Part shown: positions 34,718 through 48,468 of the stretch, piece after piece
Layout of the letters: each line of letters starts with the position of its first letter
Numbering within the stretch: position 1 is the first letter of the stretch
NCBI RefSeq assembly: GCF_964355755.1
Contig: NC_092680.1
Span: 19,725,045 to 19,789,044 of the forward strand
Direction: 5' to 3'
Length of the DNA stretch: 64,000 nt
DNA from: Antedon mediterranea
Taxonomy: Eukaryota; Animalia; Echinodermata
The notes under the pieces: model-generated
The model's database searches: none
Seen by the model: the letters and a program-made list of their open reading frames with translations, nothing else
What the model was told of the DNA's origin: nothing
Position numbers and translations under genes: made by a program

Positions 34718-35108
34718 GCTTATTTTATCTTGTATCTCCATTGAGATCCAGCCACTGATACCCACAGCATTTTCATTTTCAGTGCTTATTTTATTTTGTA
34801 TCTCCATTGAGATCCAGCCACTGATACCCACAGCATTGTCATTTTTTCAGTGCTTATTTTATTTTGTATCTCCAGTGAGATCCAGCCACTGATACCCACA
34901 GCATTGTCATTTTCAGTGCTTATTTTATTTTGTATCTCCATTGAGATCCAGCCACTGATACCCACAGCATTGTCATTTTCAGTGCTTATTTTATTTTGTA
35001 TCTCCATTGAGATCCAGCCACTGATACCCACAGCATTGTCATTTTCAGTGCTTATTTTATTTTGTATCTCCATTGAGATCCAGTCACTGATGCCCACAGC
35101 ATTGTCAT
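34718..35108. repeat. 66-bp tandem repeat, ~6 copies
   Basis: Unit GCTTATTTTATTTTGTATCTCCATTGAGATCCAGCCACTGATACCCACAGCATTGTCATTTTCAGT; explains the periodic ORFs on both strands. Confidence 0.95.
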
Positions 35109-35482
35109 ATTTTTCCGTAATTTGCCTTTTGGACCTACATATTTGTTGATATTTTATATTTCTTGTCGCTGGTGGTAAATGATAACAAGTTTTTGGACTG
35201 TATTGTCCCCCAAGCCCATTGAAACATTTAACCAGTCATTATTTCAACGATTAACATTATAAATCCCCTGGACATTTTTTTGACAATTTTCCATCTTATA
35301 CCTGCTCAAGCCTGTCCTTTTTAAGATAAATGTAATAGCCTAAAGATATAGCTAGCAGGGTTAACAAAGGTTCAACATTCGTAATATTCAATGCATATGC
35401 AATTAATAGTGTGTATATTAAGAGTTCAATAACATGTGCCTACCTGTCAAGATTAATATATGTGGATCTGGTGATAGTCTAA

Positions 35483-35688
35483 AGCTCTGTCTACACTATC
35501 AAACTAGTGTGATGTGCTCAAATATGGTAGTGATATGCTCAAATATGGTAGTGATATGCTCAAATATGGTAGTGATATGCTCGAATATGGTAGTGATAAA
35601 TGCTCAAATATGGTATGGTAGTGAAATGATATCATCATATATGGGCACTTCACATTGTTTTTCTCAAAGTTTGATAGTGGACAGAGCT
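35483..35688. mobile_element. MITE family A with an expanded internal 21-bp subrepeat
   Basis: Both TIRs, perfect TAA target duplication, and 4-5 tandem ATATGCTCAAATATGGTAGTG units. Confidence 0.85.
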
Positions 35689-36446
35689 TAAGAGGCATAG
35701 GGTGGTTTCAGACTATGCACTTGTTTCTGCTGCATTGTTAACCCGTTAATTTAAAAATAGACTAAAAATAAAATAATAATTATAAAAACTGCATTTCTGC
35801 TAAATATGTGCTTCCAAATAACCATTTAAATTAGTGTTGGTCATTGAGAAAAAATGTTAGCATTATCCAAAATGTATGTATGCAGGCGGTCAAACATCCA
35901 AGATGCTACAGTTGTTGGTCAACAGCGGTCAATCGAATAACCTACACTTATTTAATAAAGTCAATGTGACAAGTATCTGACCTACACGTTAAATATCGGG
36001 CCGGTCTATCCATGCTATCAACGGCTCAATATGACAACAACATGACTTAGACGTTTAAATATCGGGCCGGTCCAGCTACGCTATATCACATTATCATCGG
36101 CTAAATAAAGCGATTGGGACAAGCACCTGACGAATACGCTCAAATAAAGGCCCCCTACGCCATCAATGATAGCGTCAGTAATTTCTACTCATGTCTGTTG
36201 TTAATTTGGTTTTTCATAGAACATACCTACTCCGCAGGAGTTAAACATTGATGATTAAAATAACATTATACATGAGTAACATTCCTGTCTTTCACATTCA
36301 TCATTTTGAGTAATAAAACCTTGTTTCATAACAAGAACTACTGTATACCATATTGAATCAATAATACTAATCGATAAAGACATTCAAATATTCATGTTTC
36401 TAATGAATAATATAAATACTGTTTGAGAATATTTTATAAATTTTTT

Positions 36447-36569
36447 TTTGACAAAAAAAGTGTGATGTGCCTAAATATGGTAGTGATATGCTTAAATATG
36501 GTAGTGATATGACATCATCATGTCCATATATGGGCACATCACATGAAGTTTGATAGTGTAGACAGAGCT
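36447..36569. mobile_element. MITE family A, left TIR lost
   Basis: Internal subrepeats plus right TIR followed by TAA. Confidence 0.7.
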
Positions 36570-36679
36570 TAAGTTTGAAGTGATCTCTTCTAATTACTAA
36601 TTAAAACGAGGGAAGAGTGAGCACTACTAAAACATTACAAAGTGCATTTTCAATTAGAAACCTTAATGTTGTTGGCCTA

Positions 36680-37345
36680 TAATAATAATATCCTGGATTA
36701 ATATAGCACCTAAAGTTGTGCAACCTCTAAGCGCTGAACATTATTACTCCAGTCATTTTTTTTTATTAAACACACTCCCATAATACAGCCACTAATCAGC
36801 ATAAAGGTGTGTCTTGATCTTTCATTTCATTTTTCATTTCATTTCTTTATTCGACAACAAGCGGTCCAGGGGTTGCGACAGCAACAGAGCGCCATAACAC
36901 ATTTGTGTCCGCAACCCCTGTAACATACAACTTAATACAAGTTAAAAATGAATATAAAATATACAGAATATATAAAAAATTTAATTAATTTGTATTACTG
37001 TGTTACACAATTTAAAATACACCTATACAATTAAAATAAATTTAGCGTTGATCAAGCAGATATTTTTTCAATTTCGACAGGAAATTTTTAAAAGGAAGAG
37101 TAACTGCTTGATCTTTGATTATGGAGGGTAGTGATGACCATATAACAGGAAAATTGTTGATAGACGAATATTTTAAAGTATCGGTACGTGCAAAAGGGTT
37201 TCATTTATACACCTGGGTGGAGAGAGGCAAATATAGCTAAAGAATCTTTCCTAAGGATACAAGCAATGCGTCGAGAGTTGGATTCGAAACTCGATCTCTC
37301 TCACGATGCGTAGTCGAACGTCCAACATACACTGCGCCACATGCC
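36680..37345 (-). mobile_element. Minus-strand SINE interrupted by a 5'-truncated LINE fragment (36820-37200)
   Basis: tRNA-like head at 37260-37345 and ACCTGGGTGGAGAGAGGCA core; tail at 36680-36820. The insert encodes a LINE ORF2-type C-terminus (ARTDTLKYSSINNFPVIWSSLPSIIK...FLSKLKKYLL*, 37200-37042) and has a (GAAAT)n tail. Confidence 0.65.
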
Positions 37346-37667
37346 CTATGCTCTATTCTGATCAGTCTTTTGGTTTAATACATTATTATCTTATACTGTA
37401 TCTTATTTTAAAATGTATTATAAATGTTTTCTTAATTTGTAATGTATATTCTTGATTACATTTTACAATTTCCTCTTGTTTTTCCTTTAAATTTTCAAGA
37501 ATATCCCCTGCTGGATGTGGCGTTTGATTGGTTTACTTGCGTAGGTTAATGTTACATGAGCTGTTCACATAATCATTCCATGATAAACTAATGAGGATTA
37601 CTATCAAGGTTGCATTTCAGCTTATGTTTGAAACCTACAAAAACATCCAAACAAAATTGAGATTATA

Positions 37668-38104
37668 CCGTAAATCTTCTAATAGTAACCCTCCTAATAG
37701 TAACCCCCCCCCCTCCCCTTCTAATAGTAACCCACCTTATAAGTCAATCTATAATAATAACCCACTACTCTAATAGTAACCCATGGGGGTTACTATTAGA
37801 GTCACAAAAACTTGAAAATGAGGAGATAATGCATGTTGATCTCGAGAGTCGGGGAGGATTGAGTGTTTTTGAGTTTATAAAATAAAGTTAGAGTTCAACC
37901 AAATTTGTTTATTCGTACTGTTTTATTATTTTGCTATGAGTTGCTGACCGGGAAAGTTAGGAGGTGGGTTACTATTTTCAGGTGCCTAATTTAAGATTAG
38001 TAATAGTAACCCACTACTCTAATAGTAAACCCACTTTAATTGTAACCCACCCTAAAAAACAATCAAAGAATAATAACCCAGGGTTACAATTAGAAGATTT
38101 ACGG
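37668..38104. mobile_element. Tc1/mariner (pogo-like) MITE
   Basis: TIRs CCGTAAATCTTCTAAT.GTAACCC / GGGTTAC.ATTAGAAGATTTACGG flanked by TA; many internal TAATAGTAACCC motifs. Confidence 0.8.
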
Positions 38105-41100
38105 TAATCATTTATTTTAATGATTTATAAGGGCCTGTTTCTATTGAGCAAGATAATACAGTTTTAAAAATCATATTTTTGAAATAACATTATCTTAAAT
38201 ATATGGTTTTAAAAATTTATTTCGGTTTCGACCATCAAAACTGGTTTTAGAAACAGTTGGTCCAGTAGAGAAAATCCTGCTGAACCCCAAGTTATTATGA
38301 ATACTAGCTCTACACATGGACATAATGATGGAAATAAGTTAATACTGTATTACCAAAAAGATAAATATTTTGCCACATATATGGCATTTCATACTTATAA
38401 TACTTGAGCTCACTTTCTAGAAAAAATCAAAATGCTGACTGGTGGACTACCCACCATAAGAAAAGACAATAAATACAGACTTGGTCCAGTGGTATCCTTA
38501 AGCTTGTCCATTCAAATCATTGTTTTTCAGTACAAATTACTTATTTTTTTTATTCATAACTGTATATTTTTGTTATATGTAGACAGTAGTGCACAAACGC
38601 AACCTACATTTAACATTTTCTTACCACATAAAAATAGAAAATTAATAATAGCTTTATTTGATCGTGGGAGCAAAAATTTTGATATAAACAATCTTGGTTG
38701 AGTGAAATAAAGTACACTATGCTCTCCATGTTGTTAGATGCTATCGTTGTTTGTTCATTACATTTCCATGGTAACTCCATGAATGACAGAGGGTGTATAT
38801 TATGCCCTACAGAAATAAGTTTTTAATAGTTTGATTTAATTAGTATATCTGATGTTGTGGTGTTGTGTTACACCTTTCTAGACAGCTGATTATATCATGA
38901 ATTTAATTATTTGATCCAATTACCATTTTTCTGCATAACTTTTTTTAGAATTGGTGTAGTCTGAATTTGGGAGTTTCTTTATGAAAGAGAAAATAATTAA
39001 TATTAATGTAATAAATCATTATGGAAAAGTTCATGTTCATCCTATCCAATCTTATATTTTTTTATATATTGATTTCAATAAAGATTAATATATATATATA
39101 TACATATCCTATAACATAGAGATCCACATTACAAATAAACAAAACAAGGGTAGGCCTAAAGATGGAAACACACATTGAGAATTCATCATTTCAATTTATT
39201 TGAGTATTTTTAAAAACCTGATGTATATTAGGTTAGTTTACATATTATAATTGTTGGTTTGGAAAAAAGAACATTTCTAAAAACTGATGTATATACGTCA
39301 TTATAATTTATATACAAAAGCGTCAATAAAAAATAACATTGACAAATGGGTGGTACTTACTGTTAAAGGAGAACAATTTTTAAAATAGTTAACACAACAA
39401 GGGTATCATAGGAGAACATTCTAAATCATGACATCAGTCCTACTGATACAGTCAATTATTTCAAATTTTGTCTAAGTGCAATCTAAATGTGATTGTTTAA
39501 TTAATGAAATGTTATGGATAAAATAGTTGAAACCGTCACTTAACAAAACCAAAATGACTCAATCAAAGCCAAATTATTTAACAATTAACGAGAGCAGGAG
39601 CTTATCTTTTTAGTCTTTGTTATTAATTGTTTATAGTATTTTCTGTCACCCTTTGGTGCTTTGTTAATTTTACTCATTTGTTCTTGTGAATTGTTCTGAA
39701 ACGACAATCTTTTTTGTCATTAAATTTTATTTTAAAGTTTTATAGTAAGCGTCTATTAATTCGTTAGTTATAATAGAAAAAGGAAAAGTTCAAATTATTA
39801 TTCCTGCCAAACAAAAATTCATGAGGAAGAAAAAGACAGTACCTGCAGTACATCTAAAAATGAAATCAGGCTTTGGTTCACATTAATTAACATTCGGATC
39901 ACATGAATTAGTATAGGTTATCTTGCACATTGTGGCTTTGGTATGATGAGTATTGTGGTTGTTGTGGGCTTTGGTTTACCTTAATGCACTTTTGTCTAGA
40001 CTGTATTCATCACTGACATGTGCATCATTTATATAACAGGGGCGTATCCAGGATTTTTCAACATAATATTTTAAATACAGTCAACTCTATCAATACCTTG
40101 GGGCTGGCATAATATGTCTGGTGTACAGAATATGTTTTACTTTTAGTGGTGGAGTAAATACAAATTTGGGACTTTTTGGCCCTCAAGAAATGTCTGGTTT
40201 TTAAAGAGTTTCTTGTTTTCGTATTCAGAGAATAGTCTCTCTACATGGTATTACCAACATCTTATATCATCCTAGCTATCAATTTGATTTTAAAAGATTG
40301 CATGCATTGTAAATTTTCAAATGTAGGGGCCTACTTTTTTTTGGAATATATGATGCTGGTGTGTGATGATTTTTTTTTAAAGGAAAGTTACTTTTTACAA
40401 TAATCCTTAGCATTTTGTTTACCTCATATTTTTTTGTATTCGTCTGTAATTTTTTTTTTCTTTGCTGAAATTTAATAAATAAAATCCAATTCATTTCCAG
40501 CAATGGTTCCTTCCAACAGTAACAGGCCAACACTACAGGGGAGTAAACAACAGCCACTTTATCATCTGTTATTTGAGTTTGTCAGTAACACATATAAACA
40601 TAGCTTCCTGTGCTAATTAGATGATAAACAACTTGCTAATTTAAAATGAAGGTTATGCTGATCAGGTGTGAATGGGTACCAGATTCACTGGCTTGCCTCA
40701 CCTTTGTCAGAGTTTCTTATTATTATTATTGGACCCTTTGTTGCCTGTTTTATACAGCAGTATATGATGTGGATAAATTATCTTTATGGTTGAAAAATAT
40801 ATTATACATTGCCTGCTTATAATTCAATTCAATTCAACTTTTATTTCAGACAATTGTTCATATGGTATAATACATTACAGAGAAAACAAAAAAGATGAAG
40901 GAGAGAGGACCAAAACTGTTATCTATTGGTATATAATGCCTCTCTCCATTTGTAGTACATGTTTGAATCCATTAACAAATATTTATATATACAAATTAAC
41001 ATTCTGTTTTCGCTTTTCATTATTCTTGTAACAAATCGGTAAGTCGAAATCCTCAAATATTCATAAAATTATGGAATATTGTTTTCCACAAACAAATTCC

Positions 41101-41187
41101 TATTTTAAAGGCCCAACCCCTATTTTATAGGCCCTACCCCCTATTTTATAGGCCCAACCCCTATTTTATAGGCCCTACCCCCTATTA
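41101..41187. repeat. 20-21-bp tandem repeat x4 (TATTTTATAGGCCCWACCCC)
   Basis: Directly visible. Confidence 0.85.
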
Positions 41188-44100
41188 TAAGATATTAGGA
41201 TACATAACACTGCAGTAAATTCTGCTTGCAATTTTCCTACTACCTACCTTCCTACCTACCTAAAACTAGGAGTAGTAGATCAGTCAAATTATGACTGGAT
41301 GCTTTGAGTGGTGTCATAAATATCAGGTGTAGCTTTAAATGAATCACTCTATACATCATTTAGTTTTTAGTAGGCTTTTAATAAATTGCTTTTAATGTTG
41401 TCTTGTCTGATACACTACTCATATCATACACACTAATAGTGCACAATAAATAAAATGTTCATTTCTAATGTCACCAATATTATACAGCCGGATATTACAT
41501 TAGTTGCTGAGTGCTGTATATAACTCTTATTATTTTTTGTGTAGTCTTCCGGGAATTGTCATGGACATGTGTCTGGAAAAACTGAAAAGTACTGAACATA
41601 AAAGAAAACTATACGACTGCTCGACCACCATCCCCCTCCCCCTCTTCATAGGGAGACATTAAGTTCAACATATGCAACAATGCATGGTACACTAATTCAC
41701 CCCAAACCATACCTCAGCGCCCCCCCCCCCCCCCACAATAAATGATTGAAAGAATACGTACAAGTACATGTTTTTGTCTGCTTCCTTCTGTATCAACTCT
41801 AAATGGCAGATCTAAATAATGATTTGAAGTGTATTTTTATATTAAATTTGTTAAAAAAATAACCATGTTTTAGCCAAGTAACCCGCATGGTTTACCGATT
41901 TGTATACACAAACAAAATATCTAAAGAGCAAATAGATACGTTCACTTTTAAACTACAATAAACAAATTAAAACTATACAATATTCGACCCAAACAGCCTA
42001 TAATAAAGTAAAATGTAAACTATACAAAAGAGTTGCTTCAATTAAAAATAAAGTATTAGCACAAAGTAGATCATGGAGTGTAATTAGTCAATGCCCCACT
42101 CAAGGTGGTAATTTGTAATTAGATATTAATTATTATGTAATGATACAGACCAAACCATCTATTTTCTTAACCTCCATGATACCAGGAAGGTGTAAATAAC
42201 CTAATTTACAACTCCATAATAAATACAACTTCCTGATAATACATCCATACAGGATTGATTGATGAGTAGTATAGTGTCAATATAGTTGTAAGAAGAGTAT
42301 GTATTTAGCCTAAAGCTATTCTTTGTAAACTCTTACTGGTCAAAGATTTAATTGTTTGTTCTGACTAATACTTTTGTAGTTTGCTTTTGTTACTGTAGGT
42401 GTTAAAACTGAAGAATACTCCAGTTCTCAGAAAATACTACCAAAACAGGTGTTAATATTAAATAGACTTACATGTTTTAACTTTAACTTTTAACTTCTTT
42501 TTTAAAACTTTAACTTCAACAAGGTTTCTTTGCTGTTTATTTATTTATTTTTATTTATTTATTTTATTTATTTTTAGTTTATTTTTAATGTAAATTTTTA
42601 CCGGTAGCTATTGCAGTAATTGTATGAGCAAGAAAAGCCTAAAATGAATACTGTATGTATGATAGAATTGACAATCCTAAAATGTCAACAATATTTTATT
42701 TGATTTGATTTGTTCATAACAATAACAACAGAATACATAAAAATACAAAAAGAAACAAAAAGCCAGGATTGTCAAAAGCGAACCCAATCACTGTTTAAAG
42801 ACTTTCCTTTTAACAGAAATAAAATATGATATAAATATAATATAGGCTAAATGACGGTAAAAAAAAATTTAAAAAGCGAAATAAAGAAAAAAATATTATT
42901 AAAAAAATTAAAATCTAAGACTCAACAATCAATGAATTTCTGTTTAATTTTGTATTGCAGCACGGAGGAAAAGTTGCAAACTGCAGATTGATAAAAACAA
43001 CCATTTGATTTCGTATTTTTTTCTTTAAATCTTGGGCCATCATACTACATCTTCCAGTCCATATTATTCTAAAAACCTGTGCTGAGGCAGATCGGATGTG
43101 GGCATGGTTGTACAGAAATTGAGGGCTGTAGTTTCCACAAGCACATTTAGTAATAAGTAAACAAAACATGTTAACGATCAAAACAATTTAGGTCTGCTTT
43201 AACAGTTGTCACATGCCTAAAGCTTTGATCACACTGGAGGCTTTAAATTGGTCAAATTAATCGTTGGCTAAATTGACCAAGAAAAGTGCAGTCTGAATAC
43301 TGGCTACAGTTCCCTCATGGTTAAATTAAACAAGTCCAATGGTACTTTGCCGACTTGGACTTAATCATAATAAAACTGGGATTCAGCAAACTAGCATAGA
43401 ACTAAACCAAAACAGCAGTAGTCATAGGCCTACAATGTCTATCATAATTAGTTTTATTTGATAGAATACAGTGTATGGTATTAGTAAAAGCAATACATTT
43501 GTAGGCCTACTTTATTCAAAATGTAATCTTTTATATACCTTTTTCGTCAATAATATTCATTATTACTCATTCTGCCCATTAAACACCTGATATATTGCGG
43601 AATTAAATGTTAATTTATCATCACATTTGTTACTAATCTTGCTTCCAAGCCGGCTTCCAAGTAACCAATTGTCAATGCTTGGATCAATTCACACTGGTTC
43701 AAGTCTTTAATTGCTTTTGCTAATTTTCACTTCTCTACTTCATGACTACTGAGTAAAGCTTAGAGCTTGTATTGGCTCTGTGCCAACTCCAACCATTACC
43801 ATATTTGGGTATAAGTTATTTCTTTGTTCCTTATAGTGTGATGATGAGGAGTACAGTTTAATGAAATGTTGCTCTCTTACTCATCATATTTTGTGTAGTT
43901 TGAAAGGATTCTATAAATAGAATAATTGAATATTGTAATAGGGTTTTGATGAATATTTTGTTATATTATTAATGTGTATACAACTTCAAGTATGACTCAC
44001 TATAGTGATTCAATAACAACATTTTAGTAGAATTGAATGCAATAATACCAATAGCTGTGTTTATGGGCTAATTTCTTTATTGGATGTGATAGATTAGACA

Positions 44101-45780
44101 TAAATTTTAAAAAACAACATAACCAATATTACTATATACCGTATATTATAATATTAAACTCCAAAGGCAAATTACAAAAAAAAAATACAATTCTATGAGT
44201 ATCAGTGACTGGATCTCAAAATTAAATTATAAATAAACAAAAAGCTAAATCAAAACGATAACAGTCAAAAAGAAAAAAATACATGCCAAGCTTTCAGAAA
44301 ACACTAATCCTTTGTCACGGCTAATTCGAATACTTATTCGAGAATTTAGGGGTTATTTTCTGCTTTTTTCAGTCTGTGTAAACAAATTTACCATAATTAC
44401 TAATAATAATAATTTATAATAATAGTAATTTATTTCGGAACTTCACTTTTGTAACAGTGGCACACTTCAAATTTTGAAGGTGCGTCCAACAAAAAATTAT
44501 AAGAAGAAAACACAAAATAGACAAAAAATTAGGTAATCTTACTTAAACTACATACGGTAACATGTAATAAAACCCATTCATTCCCCTCCCTCCCCTTCTC
44601 CAAAAATAACAAGTACAACATATAAATTAAATACAGTACATGATTACTCTTAATCTACAAAACCAATCACCACCACCCCCACCCCCCACCCACCTTACGT
44701 ACAACGGAAATATATATACAACAACATTGACTTCCCCAAGTCTGTATTTATTGTATGTTACCACAGTCAATGTTTCGATTTTTGTCTGAAAATACAAGCT
44801 TACAAATAGTATACGTATGAACTGCCATATGTGCAAAAATTATCTATTTACTAATATTAAGTCGAAACTCTGTCTGGAACCCAGACTAGGGATATATATA
44901 TACTATATAGTAAACTTGTTTATGCCGAAATGTATTATACTTATACTTACTGTATAATTGTTTACAATGTATAAAAATACAATTGTATAAATACAATCGT
45001 AAGTTTGATTCTCAGTAATTAACGATGTTTAACTACTTCTATTTGATAATATAATTTGTTTCAAAAAAACTACATTAACGAAGACATATGTCACATTAAT
45101 GTGATGTTGGTTTTCATGGATTTAACCTTGAGATTTGATGACTAATTATGAGTCAATTCTCTCAACAAAAAGCTATGCTGGCTTATACTTCTAACTATAT
45201 ATGTTTTATTTAATCTATTAAACAAACCATTTTGACCATGAAAACTGCGATTCTATTTCAGAATCGAAGTCATCCAATTATACTGGCTGTTTACATTAAA
45301 ATACATATCACTCTAAAACAGTTATTATAAAAGTACTAAACATTGTTAATTGTATATTTAATGTCTTGTTTAGTAATATGTTCTTTGCATGTGGCCTTGA
45401 TAGAACACACCCTGAGGGAATAATGTGTATATGTGAATAAATAAAGTATTATTATAAAATCCAATAGATTCTCTAAGTACATACCTCCGCCTACTGTAAA
45501 ATTCTCCTACATAAGATTTCTCCGGTAAAAAAAAAAAAAAAAATATTTGTGTGTGTCTTAATGCTATTTGTGATTTAGGCTAATTTCACTACAATCATGT
45601 GTATTGATGTAATGGTGTAATGGTTATGTAATAAGCCTTTCAATTAACAATAGCTTCAGTTGACTAACAATAGAACAGCAACGCAAAAATCAAACGAGTG
45701 AATTTGAAAAGAAATAGGTTTTTAAACTACTCGCATAAAAAAACGTGCACATTAAATCAAATTATGTTTTAAAATTACAA

Positions 45781-46049
45781 ATCACAATTTATAACTCTTG
45801 CCTCTTGTACAAAAATGAAGTTTTTTGGACAAGTAGTTCTCGAGAAAATGCAATTTCAGTTTACTTGTTACTTTAAGACTGCTGTTTAAAATTATTAATT
45901 TTCAGACTTGCTAGTGTTAAAAGATAGGACAGAAATTTCAAAAGCCGGTGAGGAGTTTTAAAGTAAGAAGTAAACTGAAATTGCATTTTCTCGAGAACTA
46001 CTTGTCCAAAAAACATTTTTGTACAAGAGGCAAGAATTATATTTGTGAT
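45781..46049. repeat. Inverted repeat: ~100-bp near-identical arms, ~70-bp spacer (probable foldback/MITE core)
   Basis: CTTGCCTCTTGTACAAAAATG...TTCTCGAGAAAATGCAATTTCAGTTTACTT is reverse-complemented at 45954-46049. Confidence 0.85.
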
Positions 46050-46828
46050 CTTTTTAGGGCACTTTTTTGGTTGTTTTGTGGTTGTTCCTGTTTCATTTCT
46101 TTGTTTTACAACTTTATTGTGTTGTGCTCGAAATAAAATAAAATAAATATATCAATTATTAGTTCTATAAATATATTTCAAAATGAACAATAAAAATAAT
46201 TAATTGTATTTATAAATTTTGATCAAATGTTATATTCGAGTTGCTCTCATCATTACATAATGCTCTCATTATCTCTCACATGGACCTACAATTTCAAACA
46301 TTACAAAATTGTTAGATAATGTAAAATCAAAATTCTCCATCCAGCTGGGTCTTAAATAACGCTTTCTTTCTGAGGGCTGTTTGTGGCAGAGTTAGATTTG
46401 AACCAGACATCCGAGGATTGGTAAGCAAGCATTAACCAAGTTACCATATCGCTACCAGGCATCGATGTCCTATTCTTACTTCCAGGTTTCTGCATCTCCT
46501 GTTACAATCTACGTCTGTAAATTTGCATTTCCTTTGAACTGTCAATACATTACTGCACTGAAAGCTGAAGCAAAATCAATATCTTGTAAAGAACATCCAA
46601 CTCATCATCAAATTAATTCTGTTGATTCATACAAAACAGAAGATAATTCAAAAGTCATAGTGGCTTGATATTCTGTTTTTATTGGAAATAAATGAGTTTA
46701 TAATAGTGGAATGTAAACTAGAAAAACATATATGAAAATAATGAAAGAAAATGGCAATTATTTTTAAATAAAGAAATAATAAAGTAAGCATGTACTTCAT
46801 TTCATTATTCAGTCCTTTTCAGTATTTA

Positions 46829-46962
46829 AGCTTGGTTCCCACTAGGACGCAAGCATGTTGACCAATCACAAGCGACAGTTTGAATAATCCATCGCTTGTG
46901 ATTGGTCAACTCACTTACGTTGCGTCTACGTCCTTGCGTTGCGTCCTAGTGGAAACCAAGCT
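46829..46962. mobile_element. Harbinger/PIF-type palindromic MITE, family C
   Basis: TIRs AGCTTGGTTCCCACTAGGACGCAA / TTGCGTCCTAGTGGAAACCAAGCT, TTA target duplication, inner inverted repeat GTTGACCAATCACAAGCGA / TCGCTTGTGATTGGTCAAC. Confidence 0.85.
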
Positions 46963-48452
46963 TTAGAAAATTGAAGAAAAAAAATTAAAATTGTGGAGAC
47001 CAGAGTCAACCCAAGTGAACTATCATTGTAGCTGAGTCAGTTTGCCAAAATATCTTATTTTGGTAGGTACAAGCAATATTGAGAATTTATTTTATATTTA
47101 CTTTAAAATCAATAAATTGGTGTACAAAAAAAGTGGATTTTTTTTAGTGATTAATAATTAATAATCTATCTGTTGGAGTGACAAATGAAATTTTAATCTT
47201 GATAAAATCTACTAACTATATTTAATTGTATGAAGAATGCCACAAGATATTCTTTTTATCATTATCGTCTCTCCATTGAAATAGAGTTGATGTTATTGCA
47301 ACAAAAATAAAACATGGCCGATTTCAAACGTGACTGATTTCAAACATGACCGAGATCATCATAGAAGAATCTCTATCTTAGATTTAATATTTTAACATTT
47401 ACAAAATTTACTTCAAACATAGTTAATTTTATCAGGGCTTCATTTTATTGTTGTTTTGTTTCACGGTATAATACCCATAACAATTTATGACTATCTAATT
47501 AATATCAATTTATTGTAACTGCATTAGTATTAATTAGACTAAACCTTGAAATAGTGTGAATTGATTTTGATTACTACTAATTTAAAATAACTATTTTACA
47601 AGGACAGATCTGTATCATTGGTGTTTAAATTAATTGGTCTGTCAGGAAATCGGCCTACTAGTTTTTGTTGTTCTGAAAAGGTATGCACCCCTACTGCTAG
47701 GAAGGTTCCAACCACCAGTAGCAATGCCAACAACATTGGGCCTACCAAGTGGCAGTGGCAACCACCAGTAAGAAAAAATAAATCAAAATGTTAACAACTA
47801 TACATCCATAAGTTAACCAATAATGGCACATGTCTTCATAATGGTAATCTAGCATAGATATCTAGAACCATTATGAGAGTGGCAACCATCAACCACAATG
47901 TCTACAACCAGTCATCTAAATTGCAATAGAAGTTAAACCCCTGCCACCCACCCATTCCAAAGAGGTCTTGGGTGGTGATGCGATGAACAATATTTTTTAC
48001 ACTGGCAATTACTATGGCCCGTGCTCATACTAGAAAAAATTGTAGATAGCAATAATTAACTAAGCGGTAGGACAAGTAGGTGGAGAAGGGTTCAGTTTTC
48101 TGTACTATTGAAGACAAATAAGTTTCATTTCTCTTGCGGAAATAATCAGTAGTCGTAAATTTACTTTACAAGAGTAGTGCTTGGGACATGCACTTTCCCC
48201 TTTTGACAGATACAATTTTTTTTTTTTTTAATTAAAAAAATAGACTTTTTTATATCTATTTTTAACAGACTTCTGGCCATTGATTTAAAGATTAATAGTG
48301 GATGTGTTTATCTTTTTATGAGAGAGGTTTAACAAATAATTTTTCCTCTATCCTACGATTTTAAAGTATTCACTTCCTAATAGTTTCCATTAATAGGCAG
48401 TATTTAAAAATAGTATTAACATAAAAATAATGTTTTTAATCAAAAAGTATTA

Positions 48453-48468
48453 TAGCGCCCTCTGTTGT
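48453..48468 (-). promoter_or_regulatory. Candidate CTCF site
   Basis: Minus strand reads ACAACAGAGGGCGCTA, close to the CTCF core consensus (CCASYAGRKGGCRS), at the edge of the CpG-richer region upstream of MEX3. Confidence 0.45.

Noticed and set aside
34550-35149. Periodic ORFs on both strands
   Set aside because: Translations of a 66-bp tandem repeat; one unit has a 2-bp indel that breaks the frame.
43991-44008. GACTCACTATAG resembling a T7 promoter (vector contamination)
   Set aside because: Only a partial match, with no vector sequence around it; chance palindrome.
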